Positions 56,093-64,000 of a stretch of DNA of 64,000 bases are shown one piece after another. Source of the stretch: Candidatus Staskawiczbacteria bacterium (GTDB lineage: Bacteria; Patescibacteriota; Minisyncoccia; Minisyncoccales; Staskawiczbacteraceae). The notes beneath the pieces were generated by a model. It was given only the letters and a program-made list of their open reading frames with translations. It searched no databases and was not told where the DNA came from. Location: the NCBI GenBank assembly GCA_903831095.1, contig CAIKWD010000026.1, positions 29,290 through 93,289 of the forward strand, read 5' to 3'. Within the stretch, counting starts at the first letter, position 1, and every line of letters begins with the position of its first letter. A program made the position numbers and the translations under genes.

Positions 56093-58387
56093 CTAATTTT
56101 TCTTAATTTTGTCTTTAACCTTAGCAATTTCCTCTTTGAGCTTATCAATCTTCTTTTTAATTTCACTAGCCTCTTTTTTTTGAAAAAACTTTCTCCCATC
56201 TAATAATGTTTTCTCTAAAGAATCCAATGATGACTCCAAATTTTCTTTTGACTTTTTTCTGTTAATATCATTTACAATACGCGCAATCTGTAAATTTATG
56301 TAATCCTCTGTTGCCTCTTTGCGTATTTTTTCCATCTTTTCATCAAGCATTTTTATTTTAGAAAGATCAACCCCACCCTCTTTTGCTTCCTTGATATTTA
56401 GGATTAATTTATCAACCCTGCTAGGCAAAACTGTTTTACCAGATTTTAAATCTAAATTGAACTTAGTTAATTGTTTTTTAACATAAGCTGAATCAATAGA
56501 TTTTTTTTCTTCTTCTTTTTTATTTATCTTTTCGCTTTTTCTTACAGTTTTTTTAACTGGTTTTTCGTCCTCTACTTCTAATTCAACAGTCTCTGTTGTG
56601 CTAATACCTAATTCTCCAAGTGAATTAGCCTTGTTATTTGACTTTGTTAATGCTTTATCATCTTCTAGATTTTCCGCTTTAGATACAATATTTTCTGCAG
56701 TTGTAACTTGGCCATTCTTACTTTCAGGCACCTCACCTGCTTCTTTTTCAGTTGGTTTCTCTAAACTATTATTTTTTAACCGTTCTGACATCATTCTGTT
56801 CGCTTCTTCATTTAAAACCATCAATTTATTCCACTTTTCAGTTGTTGCTACACCATCGCCCTCCATTATCAACTTTTTCCTCTCAGCCATTAATTTTTCG
56901 AAAAGAACATCTCCTAAGGGCATCCTATTATAATCATCATAGTTGAAATTTACATTTGGCGCCATTTTTTCCTCTGGCTTTGGATCTTTTCCCTCACTAT
57001 TTGGTTCTCCAGTCTTTGGCAAAACTGGCTCATCTTGTCTTTTTTCTTCAGATCCCAGAGTTTTCAATATGATTGGTCTCGCTGTTTCTGGCTCAACCGG
57101 GTTAGACTCATCTTTTGATTTTTCATCGGGTGGCAAGTTTGGCACAGCTTCTTCTGTTTTTTTAGGCCTAAAAAATTTAAGCTTAGGGGGTTTTATCGCT
57201 TCAGGTTCAACTGGCGGGATGATTGTCGACTCCTTATTTTCTGTGGGCTTTTTATCTTGCTTATTTTTTATACTTTCGTCAAATTCATTTACAGCTTGCC
57301 AAATTATTTCTTTTGCACAAGCATTTTTAGTATCTACTAATTTTTTCCTTGCTGAAGCAACTTTTTGATTTGCCATCTCTTCTGCTTCTTTACTTGTATC
57401 TTCTACAGCTTCTTTCAAAAATTTTTCAAAAAAATCTTTTTTACTATCATATGTAAAAACTTCACCACTCAATATTTTTTCTACTGATACTTTTTCAATT
57501 TTATTTTTTTTAGAAAACCAAAAATTTGATTTTTTAGCTTCTTTAACAACATATCCACCATTTATTAGCTTATCAAAAACAATAGTCCCTTCACTTCCTT
57601 CCAATCCTAACTTATTTTTCTCTTTTTCCATAAACTCTTCTATTTGTTCTTCTTTTAAGCCTGCATGCGTAAACTCAAAAATCCTTACAGCTCTTTCATG
57701 ATCCCTTTGTTTAATTTCTTCTTTAAATTTTTCTATCTTCCCCTGTCTATATGCCTCTATGGCTTTTTCCCCTCTAATAATATGCAACCCTTCTTCATTT
57801 AATTTTTTTATAGTTGCATATTTCCTCAATTTTCCAAGATTTTCTTCCCCATTTTTTAAATTCCTAAATTCTCGTGCTACTTCTTTAACTGACACTTTTA
57901 TATCTTTGTCTTCTTTATCAAGAATTTCCTTCGTAAGAAAATCTGCTGCATGTTTCTTTTCTTCTTCTGTTTTTTCAACTTTTACCCTCTCTGGTCTTAC
58001 CCATTCCTTGCTCGCTCCAATATTTCCCTCTGCATTATCATTTTTTTTATCTGAAACTTCTGTATTATCTACACCATTTATACTTTTCTTAAGTTTTTCT
58101 ATTTCTTCCTTATCTGCAGGCGAAATTTCTGGCTTATTAATTAAAGGTTTTTCATCACTTTTTCTTTCTGGAAATGGAACGGGTATCGCATTCCCTGCAG
58201 TTTCAACATATGATTTTTTACCATTCAAAATATCCCAAGCATCTTCTGGCTTAAGTTGACTAATATTTTCTTTGTTCAAACCTAACTCTCCCAACTTTTG
58301 TCTCATACCATTAGTAATCATTAAAGGCACTTTGACAGATTCCTCTTTATTATCTTTTTCTCTATTATCTGAATTTATTTCTGACAT
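56093..58387 (-). CDS. Large Glu/Lys-rich hypothetical protein
   Basis: 764-aa ORF, coiled-coil and low-complexity. Confidence 0.75.
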   Translation of the reverse strand: MSEINSDNREKDNKEESVKVPLMITNGMRQKLGELGLNKENISQLKPEDAWDILNGKKSYVETAGNAIPVPFPERKSDEKPLINKPEISPADKEEIEKLKKSINGVDNTEVSDKKNDNAEGNIGASKEWVRPERVKVEKTEEEKKHAADFLTKEILDKEDKDIKVSVKEVAREFRNLKNGEENLGKLRKYATIKKLNEEGLHIIRGEKAIEAYRQGKIEKFKEEIKQRDHERAVRIFEFTHAGLKEEQIEEFMEKEKNKLGLEGSEGTIVFDKLINGGYVVKEAKKSNFWFSKKNKIEKVSVEKILSGEVFTYDSKKDFFEKFLKEAVEDTSKEAEEMANQKVASARKKLVDTKNACAKEIIWQAVNEFDESIKNKQDKKPTENKESTIIPPVEPEAIKPPKLKFFRPKKTEEAVPNLPPDEKSKDESNPVEPETARPIILKTLGSEEKRQDEPVLPKTGEPNSEGKDPKPEEKMAPNVNFNYDDYNRMPLGDVLFEKLMAERKKLIMEGDGVATTEKWNKLMVLNEEANRMMSERLKNNSLEKPTEKEAGEVPESKNGQVTTAENIVSKAENLEDDKALTKSNNKANSLGELGISTTETVELEVEDEKPVKKTVRKSEKINKKEEEKKSIDSAYVKKQLTKFNLDLKSGKTVLPSRVDKLILNIKEAKEGGVDLSKIKMLDEKMEKIRKEATEDYINLQIARIVNDINRKKSKENLESSLDSLEKTLLDGRKFFQKKEASEIKKKIDKLKEEIAKVKDKIKKN

Positions 58388-58502
58388 TTTTTTACAATAA
58401 ATTTATTTTATACTTAATTTTACCATTGCAGAAAAAATCCGTCAAACAATAAAAAAGCTGGCATAAAAACCAGCTCATTAGTAAAATTACATTAATTGCC
58501 AA

Positions 58503-60161
58503 CTAAGGTACGGCATGAGGACATATTGGAATATCTGGGCGGTCTATTACCGCTTTATTGCGCTCATAAAAAGTTGGAGGTTCATAGGTAAAACCTTCGG
58601 CCAGCCTTTTTTCTTCTTTGCGAATTTTGCGTAACAACCAATAGCCTCCAACAAAAGAGAACAAGCGAGACTTCCAGCCGAATTCGGCGTGTAGTCTCTG
58701 TAATAAGTCCTCCATTTTAGCATGCATTACTTTATTATCTTTATAATAAAGTTTAGTTGCTCCAACCAATGCTGAATAACCTGTGGCAAGATCTCTTGCC
58801 TCCCAGGTAAAGCGATTCCTAACACATGAGTCTAGGTGATTTTTGTATTTCAGCCAGCCTTTCAGTGTAGTTTCAGCAATTCTGACAATACTGGGGCCAT
58901 TAACTTCGAAATCTCGGTTAAATGCCCTAATCATTATCTCTGCTGTCTGTTCATCGCTAAAATTTGGATGCTTATATGGAAGAATTGTCTGTCCGGTTAT
59001 TTTATCAGGAGAACATTCACTTCTCCCTTTCATTACACCTGCTTTACTCATTTCTTCATAAAGCTGTGTCCCGGGGTTTGGAGTATAAAGCATAAATTGA
59101 TGGAAATCAGAGTCATGCTTTACTGCATACTCAATAACCCTGTCAATATTTTCTGGCGAATGATCTTCAAGCGCCATAATTGTTGACCCAAGTACGCGAA
59201 TGCCGTTTGACTGTAGCTTCTGCACCAACTCAAATGTATCAACGCCTTTGAGTTTGTCATACCGGCTATCTTTGCCTTCCAAGCCCATCCAAACCCAGGA
59301 AATTCCCAGGCGGACAATTTGGTCCATTGTGTAAGACTGCAAAACTTTTGCAGATGTAAACACATAAATCGACCAGGCTTTGTTGTTTTTTTCCATTAAT
59401 TCCAACAACCTCAATGCACGAGCGCGATGAAAAAGAAAATTCTCATCCATCATGAAAAACGAACGGACTTTTAAACTTTTGGCAACCTGTTCCATAACCG
59501 AAAACAGTTCGTCGCCAGTTTGATAAAAGTCAATCCACTTACCTTTTCCGCCAAACATAGCGGAGGTTGAGCAGAAATTGCATCCAAGAGGACATCCTAC
59601 CGAAGGAATAATCACAGCTGCAACATCTCCACTGACAGGTACACCCGCACTCCGTGGATTTAATCCAGAAATAGTTATTGGATGATTTATTGGACGATTT
59701 ACGTCTTCGCCCAAATAATGTCGAAACCAACGAATACCGTCGCCTTTAACAACATAATCAGCTCCAATTTGCTCTTTCAAGCCCGCAACATTGGCAATGT
59801 GTCCGCCGACAACAATTCCAGTATTTGGCTGATATTGTTTGATAAGCTCGCACATTTTCTGGACTTTAAAGACATTGGAAATAATTGACGAAATGCCAAT
59901 TATGTCATAGTGTTGTGTGCGGATTTCCTCTATAAAACGCTCAAGCGTGGGGAAATCCAATAATATGCATGGCGAATTAATATTCGCCTGAATCATCATT
60001 AAACCCCAACTGCGATGAAACATCCGCAAGGAAAACGGGCCTTGAGTCCGTGTAACTTGGTTTTGATAAAGCTCCATTGGATTTAACTTTCCATACTCGT
60101 TATCTTGACCATATGGACCAAAAACACTACACAAAAGCACTTTTTTTATTTTGTCATTCAT
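58503..60161 (-). CDS. B12-binding radical SAM protein (islet)
   Basis: DIIGISS/VVGGH/GDG cobalamin-binding domain; GCPLGCNFC; DENF; TPNPGT. Confidence 0.9.
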   Translation of the reverse strand: MNDKIKKVLLCSVFGPYGQDNEYGKLNPMELYQNQVTRTQGPFSLRMFHRSWGLMMIQANINSPCILLDFPTLERFIEEIRTQHYDIIGISSIISNVFKVQKMCELIKQYQPNTGIVVGGHIANVAGLKEQIGADYVVKGDGIRWFRHYLGEDVNRPINHPITISGLNPRSAGVPVSGDVAAVIIPSVGCPLGCNFCSTSAMFGGKGKWIDFYQTGDELFSVMEQVAKSLKVRSFFMMDENFLFHRARALRLLELMEKNNKAWSIYVFTSAKVLQSYTMDQIVRLGISWVWMGLEGKDSRYDKLKGVDTFELVQKLQSNGIRVLGSTIMALEDHSPENIDRVIEYAVKHDSDFHQFMLYTPNPGTQLYEEMSKAGVMKGRSECSPDKITGQTILPYKHPNFSDEQTAEIMIRAFNRDFEVNGPSIVRIAETTLKGWLKYKNHLDSCVRNRFTWEARDLATGYSALVGATKLYYKDNKVMHAKMEDLLQRLHAEFGWKSRLFSFVGGYWLLRKIRKEEKRLAEGFTYEPPTFYERNKAVIDRPDIPICPHAVP

Positions 60162-60244
60162 ACCTCTTCCCTCCTTATTAGTGTAAAATTTACTATATTT
60201 TGCTTATTTCAAAGATCAGTAATTACTAGAAAAACTGAGTTTTA

Positions 60245-60273
60245 ACTATATCACAAGGGTAGGCCCATTGCAA
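60245..60273 (-). promoter_or_regulatory. sigma70 promoter TTGCAA-17-TATAGT
   Basis: Upstream of radical SAM gene, divergent from rpsT promoter. Confidence 0.6.
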
Positions 60274-60315
60274 AAAAAATAAGAGTGTGGTATCTTTATT
60301 TTATATAAAAAACAT

Positions 60316-60579
60316 ATGGCAATAACAAAATCAGCAAAAAAAGCTATTAGACAGTCTGCAAAAAGAAAAGAGCAGAATTCAGTCTACAAAAATAATATAA
60401 AAAAGGTTGTTAAAGAAGCCCAGGCTTTGGTTACAGCCAAAAAGATGGATGAAGCTAAAAAACTTCTCCCAAAAATCTACGAGGCGCTAGACAAGGCAGC
60501 CAAAGTGGGAGTGATAAAGAAAAACAATGCTTCAAGAAGAAAATCAAGACTTACAAAATTAATAGATAAAAAAGCCTAG
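60316..60579 (+). CDS. rpsT: 30S ribosomal protein S20
   Basis: MAITKSAKKAIRQS, LDKAAK.GVIKKN.ASRRKSRL. Confidence 0.97.
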   Translation: MAITKSAKKAIRQSAKRKEQNSVYKNNIKKVVKEAQALVTAKKMDEAKKLLPKIYEALDKAAKVGVIKKNNASRRKSRLTKLIDKKA

Positions 60580-60597
60580 GTTCTGCCTAGGCTTTTT
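60571..60597. terminator. Bidirectional terminator rpsT/holA
   Basis: aaagcctagg-ttctg-cctaggcttt. Confidence 0.8.
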
Positions 60598-60609
60598 AGT
60601 TTGTTTGTT

Positions 60610-61545
60610 TTATATCTCAGCAAGCAGTAAATCTAGCGCCAACTCAGGCTCTATCTTCCCCGTTTTGATGTCAAAATCTACCTGAAAAATCTTTTGGTAG
60701 ATTTTTTTTAGCCTTTCAAAAGTAAATTGATTACACAAATAAAAGCTTTTTTGGACCACAAAAGGGTGTATCCCGCTTTTTTTAGCAATCAAATTGTACG
60801 GCATTTTCATGTCCTGTAGTTCCTTTATAACCAGCAAGTTTCTAAACTGATAAGTAATCATAGAAAGCAGATAAAGTGGAGCGTCACCATTGTCCAAGTG
60901 TTTATGAAGTAAAGACAACGCTAAATTTTTGTCCTTGGAAGCCAAAGCATCAATTGTTTTAAAAATATCGCTTTCAGTATTTGGCCTAACCAATAATTCT
61001 ACATCTTTTTTTTCTACCACTCCCCCAGCCTTATAATTAGATAATTTATTTATTTCGTTTTCCATGGCCCACAAATCTCCTTTTATAGACCAAACCAGCA
61101 TTTCTAAAGCATCTGAATTTATTTTTATTTTATTCTTATCAAATTCCTGGGTTACCCATTTTTTAAGCATGGCAGGCTCCAAAAAACTAAACTCTTGGCA
61201 TTTAACATTTTTTTGAAGAGCTTTAAAAAACTTGGTTCTCTGATCTGGAGCCTCATCTTCGTAAACCACAACTATGTCCTTTAGCTCTTCTAAACTTTTT
61301 AAATTTTCTGTAAACTCTTCCTGAAATTTAGATTCCTTGAAAACATTTTTTAAAATTATAAGTTTCTTTTCAGCAAACATAGAGTTTACTTTAAGGTTGC
61401 TGTAAAAATCTTTAAAATCTTTTTCCTTAGCATCTATGTAAGCCAAACTCAACCCAGACTTGTGGATTTTTTTGTATTCTAAAATTATCTCTTCCAGTTT
61501 CCTTTTTGACCTATATGAATCTTCCCCAAAAATAAAGTAAATCAT
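60610..61545 (-). CDS. holA: DNA polymerase III delta subunit
   Basis: MIYFIFGED, SMF..KKLII, NEI.KL..Y, IF..ID, HPFV..K, D..IKTG. Confidence 0.92.
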   Translation of the reverse strand: MIYFIFGEDSYRSKRKLEEIILEYKKIHKSGLSLAYIDAKEKDFKDFYSNLKVNSMFAEKKLIILKNVFKESKFQEEFTENLKSLEELKDIVVVYEDEAPDQRTKFFKALQKNVKCQEFSFLEPAMLKKWVTQEFDKNKIKINSDALEMLVWSIKGDLWAMENEINKLSNYKAGGVVEKKDVELLVRPNTESDIFKTIDALASKDKNLALSLLHKHLDNGDAPLYLLSMITYQFRNLLVIKELQDMKMPYNLIAKKSGIHPFVVQKSFYLCNQFTFERLKKIYQKIFQVDFDIKTGKIEPELALDLLLAEI

Positions 61546-61546
61546 A

Positions 61547-62422
61547 TTATAACTTTTGACAGAATGAGCAGAAGAATGAGCTTCTACCACCAATTTTTAT
61601 TCTTTTAATTTCTGCCCCACATCTTTTACATTTTTCTTCTTCTCGACTATAGACTTTTCTTTCAGTGTGAAAATTTCCTTTTGAACCGTCTACTTTTCTA
61701 TAATCAGAAAAACTATCCCCACCAAGCTTAATACCAAGTTCTAAAATCTTTATTATTGTCTGATAAAGTAACTTTAACTCTTTTTCTTTTATGTTTGCAA
61801 CATTTGTTTGCGGATGTATTTTTACCTGCCACAAAATTTCTGAAGCATAAATGTTCCCAATGCCTGCTATCACTTTAGGATCCATTAAAACCTGCTTTAT
61901 TTTTCCTTTCTTATTTTTAAAAACTTCCTTGAATTTTTCAAAAGTAAATTTTTTATCCAGAGGTTCAGGTCCTAAATCTTTCAAATCACTAGAGTCCAAC
62001 AAGTCTTTTGTTTTCCATAATTCTAACTTGGCAAATTTTCTGGCATCAGAAAGCGCTAACATATTTTTGTCATCCAGAAAAAATATTATATGCAAAAATC
62101 TATTATAGGGGTCATTCAACGGACCTACTTTAATTGGCTTCCATTTTCCCTCAATTTGCTTCCACTTGCCTACCAAAAGATGCCCAGTCATTTTTAAGTG
62201 CACCAAAAGAGAATACCCCTCAGACAAATCAAAAATAATATTTTTAGCTCTGCGCCAAACTTTTATTATTTTTTTATTTTTTATTTCTCTTTCAAATTGC
62301 TTGAAGTCTTTCGGTTTTTTTACTAATTTACTCCAGTCTGTCCAAACATCAACAAAGGCCCTTTTAAGGACCTTTGAATTTAAACCGTTTACAGTTGTTT
62401 GAACTTCTGGAAGCTCTGGCAT
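61547..62422 (-). CDS. mutM: Formamidopyrimidine-DNA glycosylase
   Basis: MPELPEV, RRAK, HLKMTG, LGPEP, GIGNIYASE, C..C zinc finger. Confidence 0.97.
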   Translation of the reverse strand: MPELPEVQTTVNGLNSKVLKRAFVDVWTDWSKLVKKPKDFKQFEREIKNKKIIKVWRRAKNIIFDLSEGYSLLVHLKMTGHLLVGKWKQIEGKWKPIKVGPLNDPYNRFLHIIFFLDDKNMLALSDARKFAKLELWKTKDLLDSSDLKDLGPEPLDKKFTFEKFKEVFKNKKGKIKQVLMDPKVIAGIGNIYASEILWQVKIHPQTNVANIKEKELKLLYQTIIKILELGIKLGGDSFSDYRKVDGSKGNFHTERKVYSREEEKCKRCGAEIKRIKIGGRSSFFCSFCQKL

Positions 62423-62424
62423 AC

Positions 62425-62913
62425 TTATTTATTATTTGAAATTTCTTTCAGCTTATTAGATTCTTCTATTAGCCTTTCCAACTCAATTGTCCTATTTTTA
62501 ACTTTTTGTTCCAAAGCATTTATTATTTCCTCCAAATCATTGGTCTTGGCTTTTACTTTTATCCCAATAGACCTTTCAATATCTTCTTTCTGCACTCTGC
62601 TTTCCTTTAGATCTTCAGCAATTTTATTAAAAGTTTTTGCCAACTCTGCAAGCTCGTCTTTTGTGTCTAAATCAACCCTGCTAGACAGGTTCCCTTGGCT
62701 AAGCTCTACCGCTTTGCTCAATATTTTTTTAACATGCTTAGAAATGCTTTGGCCTATAGCTATACCTGAAAAAAATACAAAAACTACAATAAGCAGAATA
62801 GTAACATAAAAAGACTTGTCTATATTTTGATAACTTATTGAGACAAAAGCCAAAATGGCAAATATGCCGACCAAGATTACAGGTATCGCTATTTTTATTG
62901 TTAATTTTGACAT
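62425..62913 (-). CDS. Two-TM HAMP-domain coiled-coil protein without kinase domain
   Basis: GNLSSRV....DELAELAKTFNKI, LEQKVKNRTIEL (S-helix). Confidence 0.8.
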   Translation of the reverse strand: MSKLTIKIAIPVILVGIFAILAFVSISYQNIDKSFYVTILLIVVFVFFSGIAIGQSISKHVKKILSKAVELSQGNLSSRVDLDTKDELAELAKTFNKIAEDLKESRVQKEDIERSIGIKVKAKTNDLEEIINALEQKVKNRTIELERLIEESNKLKEISNNK

Positions 62914-63779
62914 AATATATCTAAACGATTAATAAGTGAATTAAAATCTAATTTTTTAAATATTTCTATAACTTTATTTTTATCAAAAGTTACAAATTTA
63001 CAATCCTCAATTTTGAAATCTATATCAACGTCGTTTTTCATTTGAGCTAAATCGCGCGACATTAAAGCTGACTCTTTATTTATCTTCAACATCTCCTTAA
63101 CTTTTGGTTTTAAAACTGCGGTATCTGTGGCAAGCTCCTCATATAAGTTTTTTATACTGCCATATTTCTGAATAATTTCTGCAGCGGTTTTTTTGCCAAT
63201 TCCTTCAACTCCAGGAATATTATCTGAAGGGTCACCAGTCAAAGCTTTAAAATCTACCATTTGATTTGGGTTTACTCCAAATCGCTCTACTACCTTATTT
63301 ATATCATAAATTACTGTATCTTTGATACCCTTACCCAAAGTATAAACTTTTATATTCTCATTTATAAGTTGAGTGTTATCCAAATCTCCAGAAACAATAT
63401 ATATTTCCATATCTGAAACTTTTTTGCATATAGTAGCAATTAAATCATCAGCCTCAACTCCTTCCTTGGCAAACACTGGAATTCCAAAAGCTGCCAAAAC
63501 TTCCTTAGCAACTGGTATTTGTGAAATAATTCCAGATGGAGTCACTGGACGTTGAGCCTTGTATTCCAAATACATTTCATGCCTGAATGTTGGAGCTTTA
63601 GTATCAAAACAAGCAACAATATAGTCAGCTTTTAAGTCGCCAATAGCTTTAAACAAAGTCAGCAAATACCCATAAACAGCCCCAGTCTCCTGCCCACTTT
63701 TTGTCATCAAAGGCGGAAGCGCATGAAAAGACCTGTGCAACAGCGCATTAGAATCTATAATGATTAATCTCTTTGCCAT
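62901..63779 (-). CDS. Stand-alone 5'-3' exonuclease (PolA N-domain)
   Basis: IDSN....RSFHA, FR...Y..YKAQR, EADD, GDPSDNIPGV.GIG.KTA. Confidence 0.92.
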   Translation of the reverse strand: MAKRLIIIDSNALLHRSFHALPPLMTKSGQETGAVYGYLLTLFKAIGDLKADYIVACFDTKAPTFRHEMYLEYKAQRPVTPSGIISQIPVAKEVLAAFGIPVFAKEGVEADDLIATICKKVSDMEIYIVSGDLDNTQLINENIKVYTLGKGIKDTVIYDINKVVERFGVNPNQMVDFKALTGDPSDNIPGVEGIGKKTAAEIIQKYGSIKNLYEELATDTAVLKPKVKEMLKINKESALMSRDLAQMKNDVDIDFKIEDCKFVTFDKNKVIEIFKKLDFNSLINRLDILCQN

Positions 63780-63810
63780 ATTTTATAATATCATATTGAA
63801 GAAACAAAAA

Positions 63811-63837
63811 AAATAACCCCGCTTGCCGAGGTTATTT
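63811..63837 (-). terminator. Terminator of partial gene at window end
   Basis: aaataacc.cg..cg.ggttattt hairpin with T tract on minus strand. Confidence 0.6.
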
Positions 63838-63850
63838 AATAATCTAATAA

Positions 63851-64000
63851 TTATTCTGCGCCTCTAACTGGAACAAAATGAAATTTTGGTACATCATGGC
63901 GTTTATCCTTCATAGCGCCTTCTGGCGAATCAGTAGTATTTATGTAATCCTCACCTCCTTCATCTGCAGTCCAATAAAGGGCTTTTTCAAATTTTCTTGC
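63851..64000 (-). CDS. 3' end of a possible DUF1566-like protein (partial)
   Basis: ...ALYWTADEGG...HFVPVRGAE*. Confidence 0.5.
   Translation of the reverse strand, partial: ARKFEKALYWTADEGGEDYINTTDSPEGAMKDKRHDVPKFHFVPVRGAE

Noticed and set aside
57020-57240. PVEPE..P repeat in the 764-aa protein
   Set aside because: Weak two-copy similarity within a low-complexity region; not informative.

Overview
AT-rich core-genome segment of a Patescibacteria/CPR bacterium. The Parcubacteria-like assignment is inferred from gene content and divergent protein forms; the genetic code is standard. The window holds about 60 tightly packed, mostly SD-less housekeeping genes: six aminoacyl-tRNA synthetases, topA, mfd, rel, uvrB, ruvA, recO, mutM, polX, holA, smpB-tmRNA-infC-rpmI-rplT and tRNA-Leu(CAA). 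Single-gene accessory islets are interspersed. No CRISPR array, transposase, integrase or reverse transcriptase was seen. The most notable signals are four. (1) A ~105-nt structured non-coding element occurs twice (81/84 nt identical core), each time ending exactly on the GTG start codon: once before rplT and once before a Lys-rich/EF-barrel protein gene. It is a candidate novel cis-regulatory RNA or start-codon-donating element. (2) A family of GC-rich double-hairpin palindromes centred on GGATCC is inserted in-frame, always as multiples of 3 nt, into ybeY, leuS, pyrH and the Lys-rich gene; other hairpin inserts occur in uvrB, endoQ, lepB and mfd. (3) A complete Ile-codon transcription attenuator precedes an orphan citramalate synthase. 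(4) Accessory islets share a promoter/boxA-like/strong-SD/terminator architecture.
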